A DNA stretch of 62,969 nt, the filler included, from Collodictyon triciliatum (Eukaryota): the NCBI GenBank assembly GCA_043381765.1. It is 4 parts of 4 records of this genome, joined end to end, with 100 filler letters (N's around TTAATTAATTAA, not from the genome) between each part and the next. Parts side by side here need not be neighbours in the genome. Positions count along the whole stretch, not along the records: positions 32,589 to 51,886 come from JBHJMP010001361.1; 3 more parts are not named here. One strand, given 5' to 3'. Numbering within the stretch: the stretch's first letter is position 1; the number at the start of each line of letters is the position of its first letter. A program made the translations under genes and the position numbers. Shown piece by piece: positions 32,754 through 45,222 of this stretch. The notes under the pieces are model-generated. The model was not told the DNA's origin. It was given only the letters and a program-made list of their open reading frames with translations, and made no database searches.

Positions 32754-34193
32754 CTCTTTTGAGCTTCTTGCAAGGAGCAACACTGGTCACAGAAAAATTT
32801 GTCACGGTGACAAAGGGTTTCTGTGGATGAGAAGTTCTTCAAGCAGTGCGTAAGAGATGTGTTTTGCTCGACATCGATACTTAAATCCAGAAAAGACTCT
32901 TGTTTACTGGTTACCTGAAAAGAAAAAAATATTAGTGTGTATGATATAAAATTGAAAGCAATCGAAGGGGCTCTAAAACACACTGTTTCACAAGATAGAC
33001 ATTTCGTTTCATTTGTCAAAGTCCCTTCAAAGATTTCATGAATCCAGGTTTTTTCTAAAGGCCACAACCGTTATTAAAGAAGGTATTAGTGTTTATTTGA
33101 AGAACTATCTTTCTTTTTTAGTACAGAAAGCACTCCATCAGTGCTCTTATGGGTCGTTTTAGATATAAAAAATAATTGTATAGTCAAGATAAGCGTTTGT
33201 GCTAAAAAAAAAGTTGATTAAGATTTGGAATTCCAATTATAAGCAGGTACTTACTTCCTTCAGAACAACGAAGAGAGGCCGGCATGGGTTCATTTGACGA
33301 TATAGGGTTAGACTTTTGCTGTTTTTCAAGCGTTTCAGATATGGTATTCAGGAGAAAATTAAGGAATTCGTGAGCATCCTGATGCATGAAGCCTCTGAAG
33401 AGCTCTAATAAGTTAGGCAGAGATGTTAAGACACACCAAAAGAAAATAGACGAAGGAGAGAAATATTAATTTTGCAAAGGAAAAGGAGATATTAGACAAT
33501 ATAATGCATATTTGACATGTGACGTGCGTGTACTACTGACCATTTTCTTTGCGGAGCTTTTGTATAAATCGTTTTGGAGCAACAACACCTAGTGGAGGCA
33601 AATAGGGATGAAAAGTAAGAGCACTGTTTTTCTTTTTCGGTGAGAAAGAAAAAAAGAAGCTGCAATCATCAAAAATCCGGATTTACATCTTCAAAAAAGA
33701 GGTGATACAAATGAAGAGAGCAAATGATTTATGGATATTGTGATGAAATGCTATTTCTACATACAAAAAAAAAATATAGTTATCAGTCGAAAATGTACCT
33801 GTCCGTTTCTTCTGCGTCGCTATGGATAGAAACAATTCTGCAAGGGCGGATAAAAGATGGCTTTCTCCTTCAACTTCTATACGTTTAAATTAAAAAAAGA
33901 TAGAATCCAGTCACTTTTTTAAAAAAAATACTTGCGTCTAATAAATATGTTTTGATTGCTTTTTTATTACAGTATTACAAAAAAAAAACCAACCTAAGAG
34001 GTTTTTGGGGTCTGCAGCGTAATCTAACAAGGCCTGGCGAAACGGCTGGCAAAAATACAGCGCTTGGAGTACAGAGTTACAATAACATGTGTTTCCAAAC
34101 TGCAATAGTTGGCCCATGATAAGTAAAGAAAAGGAATAAAGAAAAGCAAACATGAAGGAATAAAGAAAAGCAAACATGAAGGAAGAAGAAGAA

Positions 34194-34289
<96 letters not shown>

Positions 34290-34456
34290 ACACCACGCAT
34301 TACACTATGAAAGACGTATGAGTGCTTACATAAGGGTTCGCATAGGAGCAGGATAGTGAAACCTGAAGTACATACATTTTCAAGGCCAAATATCTTTTCA
34401 GCCTCTGGGAAGTTCTGGCCGAGCGCCTTTTCTAACTTGCTGGTGGAGCCTCCCAT
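32754..34456 (-). CDS. USP12/46: ubiquitin carboxyl-terminal hydrolase USP12/USP46 family (3' end lost at contig end)
   Basis: [42 protein letters not shown] (Cys box); [76 protein letters not shown]. Confidence 0.95.
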
Positions 34457-35099
34457 GTTCCTGCCTGTTAGACTTGTATGCAAAGCAGCTGGCATGAGTT
34501 AAAAGAAAAGAATCCACGAAGGCCTTGGCAACTAGTCATGCTTTCGATTTATAGTCGCAAAGTTCTCGCTGCGTTTGCTTGTGAAATGAAATGAAATAGA
34601 ATAGAATAGAAAAAAGTATGAGCGAAAAAGAGACGTTAAATAAGACAAAAAAAAATAAGAGAGCAGAAGAAAAAGGAGGCGTTTGGAGGAGAAAGATCAT
34701 CAGCAAGAGCAAAAACAATATATATCATAGTTTTATATGTCCTTTCTGATTACTCTGGAAACAGATTATTTTCACAATTCATTTTCTTTCCTTTTTCTTT
34801 TCTCATAACTTCCGAACCTCTTTTTTTCTTCTTTTTCTTTTTCTTTTTCATTACTCTTCAACCACACTCGACTCTTTTCACAGCCAAACTCACGCCTCGC
34901 TGTCCTCTACCTCATCGTTAATTATCCAAGTCGTTTATTAATGAAAAGTGAAAAATAAAGCAAAAGAAAGGAAGGAACGAAGGAACGAAGGAACGGAGGA
35001 GACTGAAAGCAACACATCCAGCTTCTCCAGTCAACAAAGGCAAAAGCAAACAAAGGGAAGGCAGCGCCCATCCCTGCCGATGCGTCTGTTTGGAGCGCC

Positions 35100-38000
35100 T
35101 CACTTTGGCGGCTGCGCATTCACGCCACTCACAAGCCGCGGCGATAAACTCCCGCACAAACCTTGCGGGCTGCTGCGTCTGCCTTGAGGCTCCGGTCTCT
35201 GGGCGTTCTCTTTCTTTGTGCGCTTCGGCTCAACCTGGTTTGTCTTTGTCCAGAGCGCAATGTCCATGTCCGCGTACGACTGCTCCTTGAACGTGTGGAA
35301 ATACATGCCGTAGAACCCTTCTCGGCTGACAAAGGCGTCCATGGCCGCTGGGGCGAGGCAACCGTGAGTGACAGTTCGAATAAATAGATTCATGCCTGTG
35401 TATGTGGATGGATAGCACATCCGCCGAGGCGGGTTTGCAATACAGCAGACAGCTTATCTGATGAATGCATATGCGATCCGGTTTGTGTTTTATGTTTCAT
35501 AGTTTTTTTTTAATTTATTTATTTATTAGAAGAAAAAAAAGAGTAGGTTATGGAGAAAGGTAATATTGGAGGTTTCATATACCATATTTCTTTTGCTCGG
35601 GACGGAGACATATAACCTCCCAATTGCTCATGGTGATTTTCTTAATCTTTTTGATAAATAGCCTGCAACAATAGATATGTGTGAGAAATGACACACCAAT
35701 TTTTTTTCTCTTGCTTTCTTGGATTCGAAGTGAGATAATACACCATAAAATATTCACAGATAAAACGATGCTGGTAAATTGGAAGAAGAAAAATAGATAG
35801 AATGCGGCTGTGAGAAAAATAATAGATGTCCCTTTGAAAAAAAAAGTATAATCGAAATGGCTGGCGAATTTAAGTACCCAGTTGTAAAGTACGTGAGCTT
35901 CTGGAGTGATTTAGGATATCTGAGAGTATATATAGTTTATTAAATCATAGGACGCAAACGAAAGAGTATGGAATATGTGTGCTATCGATTATGCGTATGG
36001 TACTCTACCACAGGTTAGAAAGGAAAAGATAGCTTAATTACTTCGGCCCGTATATCCAATGTGCGATAGATGTGGTGTCGATTGCTGATTTGATTACGAC
36101 GTTGTGGTGCCTAAATGATGATTCATTATTGTATTGTCTGAATGTGCATCCAGATATAAAAATAAGGCTTGAAATTTAGGGTACTTTATGTAAAATCTGT
36201 AAAGAAACGATTGCACCTATATGATAATGTGTGCGCATGTGTGAAGAGTATCTATTTTTCGCATTTCGATATATTTAGAGGTCGGAAATAAATGGCCTAT
36301 TCTTACTGAGATATCATGCTGGCATCATTTGGAGAGCCAACACCAACCTTAAAGATCTTTTCATCCTCCAAAAGCATGTTGAGTTCTACGCTTTGATTCC
36401 TGACATATACTACATTTTGTGTGGAATTAATATACAAGAAAACATGAGCGAAAGGAAAAATAGTGTGAAAAAATTGTTGATAACTCACGCATCTTCACCA
36501 AGACACAGACATTAGTCGAGCTCAATTGAAGCAGACTGACTGGGTGTTCTAAAGACAGTAGACAATCAAAAAAAAAAAATTCAATGGCAAATAGAAAAAA
36601 AATTGAATGGAATTCAGAACGAAACATATGGGCCAAAACATACGAACTCCTTTTCTGAAAGACGGCTTCCATTCAGCATCAAATCCTACAACAAGCGTAA
36701 AACTCTGTCCAAAATCAGCCTGCTCATTCATCAAATCCTGGCGCAGAATCTTGATGTATCTGTTGCACTGCTCCACAGATCTATGAAGCGTTGACAAATA
36801 TATACGTCAATATGAAGAAGACAAAAAAGGAGAAAAAATGTGCCATGTCGAAAATGTTACATGATATTTCATAGAAATACATAATTCACGAATCCAAACA
36901 CACTCATACAATAAAAGAATATGAGGTATAATTAGATATTATGAGATGAATCAGAAATAAAGTTATCCTTTTTATATAAAAAACGAAAAGAAAAAAGCTA
37001 ACAAACCTGGCCTCGTAGACGCAAAGCCTGTGCCGCACCGCTTGCACCGTAGCATCGGCAGACCTTCCAAGACGCTGATACGCAAGATTTCTCAGACGAT
37101 GGACGAGCGGACAGTATCCATCCTCTATGTAGACATAGTCACACTCGGCCGCAGAAAGTGTGCCAGCCTCAAAGACGTTCCTATCACCCGGCATCTTATC
37201 AAGCTCCATCATCTGACGGGCACTGGCCTCAATCTCGTCCACCGCTGATCCTTTTCTATTGCCCGAGCCTTTCGCATTTCTGGACGCTGAAGAGGCGGAT
37301 GAAGTCGATCCGTGTTCCGAACCACTATCGCACCCTCCATCGAAGGCGCTCTGGGCCAGTCCGTCGATGTTTTCATAGTTGATTTCAGGGACACCCGACG
37401 CAGCCTCGGCCTGATTTGTTCTCTGCGAATCGAAATGATTTCTGCCACTTCTCCCGCTTCTCCCGCTTCTCCCGCTTCTCCCGCTTCTGTCGCTGGTAAT
37501 ACTTGTATGTGTGTTTGTCGACTCGCTTTCAGACGCGGTTGATTTGCAGTCTGCTATGTTCAGTGGGGCCGTGGCTTCTGTAAGTGCTGAAACGGTTGGT
37601 GCGGAAGTCTTTGGTGCGGGAGTCGTTGGTGCGGGTGTCTTTGATGCGGGAGTCGTTGGTGTGGGAGTCTTTGATGCGGGAGTCTTTGATGTGGGAGTCT
37701 TTGATGCGGGAGTCTTTGATGTGGGAGTCGTTGGTGTGGGTGTCGTTGATGCGGGTGTCGTTGATGCGGGTGTCGTTGATGCAGGAGTCGTTGATGCGGG
37801 AGTCTTTGGTGTGGGAGTCGTTGGTGCAGAAGTCTTTGGTGGCATTTCTTTTTTCACGATTTCTTGTTTCCTTGGTTGGGCAAAGCTCTTCTTTTCTATA
37901 CACATAGTTAATTAATTTATATTTGGTATTGTAATTACTTGTTACACGCAGAACATTGGGATCGTATTCCCTAGCAGATGGGGCGAGCGCGTCTGAGGTG

Positions 38001-38635
38001 AATGTGTTGGCTGAAGAGGCGACATAGTTGTCAATCACTTTGCCGCCGACTCTGTCTTTGTAGTGATCATCAACACACTTTTCACGCGCGTTTATTTAAG
38101 GAGCAGATTGGAAAGAGTTTGGGTATTGATTGGAAACAAAGACACGATTTTCTTTGAATAACCCATGAAAATTCATTCGGAGATTGTGAGTGATTATGGA
38201 AATAATATTTAATATGGAGACTCAAATTTAGTATAAGTAATCGATCGATTTAATCTATGTATCTATATATTTAGGTTTAATTTATTATATTATAATAAAT
38301 TCCGTTTTTGAAAAATCATACAATGCCAATCCTAATCTAATTATGGAATGATAAATCGCCCTTTTTTCTTGTGGTTTCCAAATCCCACGAAGCGACAGAA
38401 AAAGCAGAACACGTGTGCTTTGGCGTATTCTCTGTGCCCGCCTTTGGCGTTCCGCTGCTCTGCAAGTGCTTCTCGAAGCTTCCCACACGAAAGACCCACC
38501 GAGAAAAAAAAAAACAATAACAAAGCATGACTTTTTCTTCATGGAGAGGACTCTTCTTTCCTCAGTGCATACCCGAAAATCCCCGCCAAAGTGATCGCCT
38601 CTTGTCCTTGCTTGCGCTTCGGCATATTGTGTCAT
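35100..38635 (-). CDS. WRN/EXD2-type DEDDy 3'-5' exonuclease with long Thr/Pro-rich N-terminal extension (start uncertain)
   Basis: ExoI VVGFDAEWKP, PVSLLQLS, LLEDEKIFKVGVG..ND (ExoII), ExoIII SNWE...EQKKY|AAMDA; upstream exon with TPASK/TPAST repeats splices in frame (AG|gtttgt...tag|A TCT). Confidence 0.85.
37600..37845 (-). repeat. coding 15-bp repeat (TPAST/TPASK/TPTSK) in exonuclease N-terminus
   Basis: Units like GATGCGGGAGTCTTT on + strand; also (TTCTCCCGC)x4 at 37449-37487 encoding RSG repeats. Confidence 0.85.
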
Positions 38636-38931
38636 TCTGGGATCGTTGCTACATTCATAGCTTCTTTTCTACTAATCTTTTCATCTCCTCCTTTTTCTAT
38701 TCTTTTTCCCTTTTATTTAAATCCAAAACTATTGCTCAAAAAAATCAACAGTCGGGCGAGATACCAAGCTAAAACTAAGGCTGACAAACTTTTTTCTTTC
38801 GTGCATGTGTTTGCGTTATTTTGCGTTGCTTTATATTTTAAAGCGATACCGGCCACCTAAGCATTATTATTTCCTTTATTCGATTCACAATACCAGCTAA
38901 TTTTTTTAATTATTTTTCTTTAAAAAAAATA

Positions 38932-41424
38932 ATGAGGAGGTTAATTGAAAAAGCAGGAATCATAATGGATTCCGATGATGTATTTCTTCTCTTGACGATA
39001 GCCATCTATGCCATCACACTTATCCATTTAAGCGCGCAGACAAAAAGACTATTGAAGTATAGGTAAGTTATCCTCAAGGTTTATCTCAAGTTCTTTTTTT
39101 TGACGTAAACACTATTTATGCATCCAATATAAAATAAAATTCATGGAGGGATGTTTCCCTAAAACCACATTTTACTTTGTCCCTTGCATATGTAACCGAA
39201 AGACACCGGTGGAATTCGTTCCAGGCTTGTTTTATTCAGCTGAGTTATGCGTGGTCGTTGCTGAGATTGGTTTACTTCGTGCTTGGGATATCTGATTATC
39301 ATTGGGACAAACTGTGGAAACAAATTCTAGTATACTGGTTAGTGCTATTCCATTTATTTACTCATTTTTTAAAGGAAAGAAGAAAAAACAAAGTATTATT
39401 TATGCACTAATACTTTTCAAGGACGATTATTTATATATCTGAAATGGATTTTGAATGCCGCTAAAATAGGCTGCCATATACTCTTCAGTTTTCGATGTTT
39501 TCATTGGTGGTATTGTTTTATGCCTCGCTTGTACATCGTCACACTTTATGGGAGTCTCACCGAAATACTCTGTCGTCTATTTATGTCCTTTCCAGTTTAA
39601 TCCAATACATCTTTGTGGGAGGTAGCTCTTATATAATGTGATAGAATGCTCATCAATCAAGTGATATCAATGGCCTTTCGAATACAGGTTTACCTCTAGT
39701 AAATATTATAATCCGTCTGCTATTTTACATGGCATAGTTTGGATTGGTGTTGGAGTGACAAACGGGCGCGATAGAGGCCTCGAAGAGGACGTTGCTATTT
39801 ACGCGGGATTTATTTATATGCTATTATCCTTGTTACTGGGTACATATGGCTATTTGCTGCATAAAATACCCGATGGCTACCACGTAAGCAAATACTTCTA
39901 GTTTTTCTCACCTCTTATTTTTAACCATTTTTTCTATTCATTTTCTTTCATGTTGATGTTACTTAACTTGGTGCAATTTAATCGTTTTGAAGAAAGGCTT
40001 TCATAATCTCTTTTAAGATCGAACCCTTTTCAGGTCTTTTATTTTTCTCGACAACAAAAAAACAAGAGACAAAAGACATAAAAAAAAAACACAATTTTAT
40101 TCGATTACGCAACTTTCATTAACACCATAGATACAAGTTATCTACCAGCGTTCCGAAAATTCATGGCCATTTCTGACCATGATATTGTTGTTAAGCTTCA
40201 TGTCTCGGTCAGTATACAATTTTTGCTTCGCGGGAGGCCACGGAATGAATAATACGTTCCATGAAAAAGTAGCTCATATCAATCATTTCCTTTCATGTAC
40301 ACGCACCGAGAACATCTCTCTAATAATGGAAATACTTAATTGACATATCAGTTTCCTGTCTTAACATCCACATTCACGTCTAAACTCTTTTATTTCTACC
40401 AAGGCGGTCTCATATGACATCGACTACACTTATTTCCTGGTATCTCTTTGCTGGGAATGGATTCCAGTCAGCCTTGTCCTTCTCTTTTTTAAGGTACCGA
40501 TATTTTATCTTCTTTATTTCCTTTTCTTTTCAGTTAAAAGTACGTCATGTAATCATTTGAACATCCTTTCACCTCCACATGTTTCAATCGAGCCATGTAG
40601 CATGTACCATATATTCTTCACTATCGAAAAAATGAAGCAAAGTGATTTTTTTTTTCATATATTCATGGATACAGTTTGTCCACCCACACGATTCATATAT
40701 TTTACTTGATTCTTAAACTTGCAAATCGGTTGTTCCATCATATAATGAGTGTATCCCTGACCCACAACTACAAAGATTCCAAACTGTGCCAATATATACA
40801 ACCGTCGATTCAAGTCGGGTGAATGCATCTTGCCGTCAACATACTTTATACAAATAAACACCGACGTCCAATCAAGTACATGCCATATGATATGAATAAA
40901 ATAACTTCCTTCGGCTTTGCACGATATGCCATAGAAAATATTACCCACTGTTAATGCTCTTAAATATATAAATGACTCACAAACGACATCCGCCCACTAT
41001 ATATTCATGCAAAAGCTTCAATCATATATTTTCCCCTTATTTCTTTCATAATTTTTTTTTTAAAAAAAAAAATAGACTCGTCTTCTGCCACACATCGTTC
41101 GGACCCCATTGATGTCTTTCAAAACCCACGTCGATATGACAGCAGCAATGAAACAACCGAGGAAATGTCGTACGTCAGCTCTGCAGTCGATTTCACTCAC
41201 TCAGGGTAGTCATCTACGCCACACAAAACTCTTTGATTCAAGCTGCAGAGAAACCACGGCACACACACCATTGTCCTTTCTGCTACGACCTGTAATTGAC
41301 TCTGTTTCATCTTTTCTTTTGCAGGCCGTTCGACTCGTACATCCCATCATCAACACCGGCCATTGCAATCCGCCCCATCTCCACTACTCCGCTGGTCAAC
41401 AAGTCTCGCTCCATGCCAATATAA
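38932..41424 (+). CDS. GPR137: GPR137/TM7SF1-like multi-pass membrane protein
   Basis: LLKYR|HRWNSFQACF..WSLLR; YW|LPYTLQFSMFSL; SRSVYNF; WEWIPVSLVLLFF; cytoplasmic tail FQNPRRYDS matching the GPR137 FDNPRRYDS motif; start ATG 38932 or 38965. Confidence 0.85.
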
Positions 41425-41575
41425 TATTTATAAAATAAAAAAATTTTTAAAAAAAATCAACAGTCTCATAAACCAAAAAAAGAAAAAAGAAAAAAGAAAA
41501 AAAGAGAAAAAAGAGTGAAAAACTTGGGACACACAGGAATTTGAGGAAGACTGCAAGAAAAGCCAGGGAGAGGGA

Positions 41576-42422
41576 ATGCAGCGGTCGAGTGTTTCAGGCA
41601 TCGACTTTCTGCGTGCTTTTGCGAGTGCCTTGAAACTGCGGGCTCCGCATCGATTTGTGCATCCGACCGGCAGACACGCGTGCGTCGCAGCCGTCTTTCG
41701 CATCCGCCCCGGATCACCGCCTCATTTGCAGGAGTCTGTCGGTGGTGAGGTTTGTCGGCTCTCTCATACCACCAGCGTATAGAAGGGAAGGGGCGTTGTG
41801 GCGTTGAAGGGCGCATTCATTTATCATTTATCATTTATCATTTATCATTTATCATTTATCATTTNNNNNNNNNNNNNNNNNNNNNNNNNNNNNNNNNNNN
41901 NNNNNNNNNNNNNNNNNNNNNNNNNNNNNNNNNNNNNNNNNNNNNNNNNNNNNNNNNNNNNNNNNNNNNNNNNNNNNNNNNNNNNNNNNNNNNNNNNNNN
42001 NNNNNNNNNNNNNNNNNNNNNNNNNNNNNNNNNNNNNNNNNNNNNNNNNNNNNNNNNNNNNNNNNNNNNNNNNNNNNNNNNNNNNNNNNNNNNNNNNNNN
42101 NNNNNNNNNNNNNNNNNNNNNNNNNNNNNNNNNNNNNNNNNNNNNNNNNNNNNNNNNNNNNNNNNNNNNNNNNNNNNNNNNNATCTTTCATTTTTCATTT
42201 TTCATTTTTCATTTTTCATTTTTCATTTTTCATTTTTCATTTTTCATTTTTCATTTTTCATTTTTCATTTTTCATTTTTCATTTTTCAATTTTCATTCTT
42301 CATTTATCGTTTATCATTTATCATTTATCATTTATCATTTATCATTTTATTTTTATTTTTATTTTTCATTTATCATTTATCGTTTGTCGTTTGTCATTTG
42401 CCGTTTGTCATTTGTCATTTGT

Positions 42423-42454
<32 letters not shown>

Positions 42455-42457
42455 TAT

Positions 42458-42489
<32 letters not shown>

Positions 42490-44940
42490 TGTCATTTGTC
42501 ATTTGTCATTTGTCATTTATCATTTATCATNNNNNNNNNNNNNNNNNNNNNNNNNNNNNNNNNNNNNNNNNNNNNNNNNNNNNNNNNNNNNNNNNNNNNN
42601 NNNNNNNNNNNNNNNNNNNNNNNNNNNNNNNNNNNNNNNNNNNNNNNNNNNNNNNNNNNNNNNNNNNNNNNNNNNNNNNNNNNNNNNNNNNNNNNNNNNN
42701 NNNNNNNNNNNNNNNNNNNNNNNNNNNNNNNNNNNNNNNNNNNNNNNNNNNNNNNNNNNNNNNNNNNNNNNNNNNNNNNNNNNNNNNNNNNNNNNNNNNN
42801 NNNNNNNNNNNNNNNNNNNNNNNNNNNNNNNNNNNNNNNNNNNNNNNNNNNNNNNNNNNNNNNNNNNNNNNNNNNNNNNNNNNNNNNNNNNNNNNNNNNN
42901 NNNNNNNNNNNNNNNNNNNNNNNNNNNNNNNNNNNNNNNNNNNNNNNNNNNNNNNNNNNNNNNNNNNNNNNNNNNNNNNNNNNNNNNNNNNNNNNNNNNN
43001 NNNNNNNNNNNNNNNNNNNNNNNNNNNNNNNNNNNNNNNNNNNNNNNNNNNNNNNNNNNNNNNNNNNNNNNNNNNNNNNNNNNNNNNNNNNNNNNNNNNN
43101 NNNNNNNNNNNNNNNNNNNNNNNNNNNNNNNNNNNNNNNNNNNNNNNNTCATTTTTCATTTTCATTTTTCATTTTTCATTTTTCATTTTTCATTTTTCAT
43201 TTTCCATTTTCCATTTTTCATTTTACATTTATCATTTATCATTTGTCATTTGTCATTTGTCATTTATCATTTGATAATTGTCATTTATCATTTATCATTT
43301 ATTATTTATCATTTATCATTTGTCATTTGTCATTTGTCATTTGTCATTTGTCATTTATCATTTATCATTTGATAATTGTCATTTATCATTTGTCATTTTT
43401 CATTTTTCATTTATCATTTATCATTTATCATTTATCATTTTTAATTTGTCATTTGTCATTTGTCATTTGTCCTTTGTCATTTGTCATTTGTCATTTGTCA
43501 TTTGTCATTTGTCATTTGTCATTTGTCATTTGTCATTTGTCATTTATCATTTATCATTTATCATTTATCATAAATGATTATGATTATCTTGTCTCTGCTT
43601 TCACTTATGTCAAGTATATTACATATTACAACAGGTCAAGTCAATCAGCACCCTTGACGAGCTCCTGAATAAAGGTTTCCCCTTTTTCTTGTCAAATTAT
43701 CATTCCTGTACTATCTGAAAAATTTAAAATCGGATGTATTTCATGCACTATTTTTGTTTATTTTCAATTTGAGATTGGGCCAAGAGTGGGACTGTTCAGT
43801 TATTATTCATCAAGCGCGCAGTGAATGAGCGCGACCGGTGGAGTGGTGATGTAATAGCATTGCACATGTAAATTGAATATGTCTGTGGTTTTTATGATGG
43901 AACAAAACCATTCAGATTGCCCTGCCTGGTGGGCGTCGCCAAGAATCAGATCCGGACGACCAGGTAAAACCCCGACAAAAATAAAACCCTCTGCCGTTCA
44001 TGAAGATTCCAAAACTCTATTCACTAGCACAATCCAAAAATATACTGAATCAATCAAAAGACCAAATACCAAACCAGCCTTTTCCATAGTCAACAGCAGA
44101 GCGAGAGACGTTGGAAGAAATATCATTGGATATATCGAATCGGTAATACTCATGACTATCAGATACGAATAAACCTTCTATACAATTTCATGGGCCTTTT
44201 TTTTCTATAAAAAAAATTATGACGAATCATGACGGCGATTGCTTCCCGTTGACCATCGTCTGTTCTTGGCTTGATTGCCGTACTACAGATGTAATTACAT
44301 ATGTCTGGGGCAAATTGATGATTTGAACGTAATGCGAGGTCGAAAATCGGGTGGTCTAGTGGTTTCTTGCTTCGGTATGTGACGATTCCCCAGACTACAT
44401 TCCACTGTAATATCATATTGTAACAGATAAATGTGCATAGCTTTTCTTCAAACATCAGTTTCGACTCCACCACTGAAGCTTCAAGAAAAGGAAATAGCAT
44501 CCTTCCGCTGGGTCGATGTGGAGTCACTTATCAACAGCCCCCGTATCACTACATTCACATACTCCATCGCCGATTTCATTCCGTCTCCTTTCTTTCCTGC
44601 AAGACTCCTACGACTGCTTGGCATCGAGCCGGTCCATTTCCCAGCAACACCGCTACAACCAACACTCCCGTCTATCGACCTTGGTGAGGATATCAGCACC
44701 CCTTTCAACCTTTGGGGGATGACTCTGGGCAGGCTCAGCGAAATCCTGGACATGGCCAAGCAACCACGGCTCAACAGCCCACCGATGGTCACCAACAACG
44801 TCTTTGCAAATTGGTTTATTCGCCTGAAATACGGGCCTACTTCACCGCACGGGCTCTCCCTCAGATTGTTCAGTTATCAACTTGCAGTCAGTGCAACCCT
44901 GGTTGCAGCATACCTTTTTCGTGGTTCGGTCCTGCCTTAA
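41576..44940 (+). CDS. Nudix hydrolase, CoA-pyrophosphatase-like subgroup, with C-terminal hydrophobic tail
   Basis: RHACVAAVFR; LLFIKRAVNERDRWSGD|IALPGGRRQESDPDDQ|STAERETLEEISLD (Nudix box); LQEKEIASFRWV; LWGMT; stop TAA 44938-44940. Confidence 0.88.
41817..43571. repeat. 7-bp satellite TCATTT[A/G/T] with two N gaps, inside Nudix intron 1
   Basis: Blocks of TCATTTA, TCATTTT and TCATTTG units between donor GAG|gtttgt (~41750) and acceptor aacag|GTC (~43635). Confidence 0.92.
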
Positions 44941-45222
44941 CACTAACACGCATCAATCCTAATATGTATGTCTGGTTTATTTGCTGTGAAAACAGAATAC
45001 ATAGTCACCATTCCAACAATAAAGTGTACCTGCTTTCAGGCGAGTCGAAGTCAATTTTAAAACGATGGTCTATTTTTTAAAATGTATTATTTGTTTATTA
45101 CGTCAAGTGAACTGTTTTCTATTTTAATATGTAGATTTATCAATATTTGTCTCATTACTATTCTGTCGGAAAAGGGATTTTCTTTGAAGATTCCGACCGA
45201 CTGAAAAAAAGGCCATCACGAA

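Noticed and set aside
37511-37915. Antisense ORFs over the TPASK repeat (DAGVV, MRESL repeats)
   Set aside because: Shadow frames of a 15-bp coding repeat on the minus strand.
41817-43571. 7-mer array as telomere or CRISPR-like array
   Set aside because: No G-rich telomeric unit, internal intronic position, and no unique spacers.
41752-43668. 638-aa and other long ORFs in the ORF track
   Set aside because: Artefacts of a stop-poor 7-mer satellite and N runs inside an intron.
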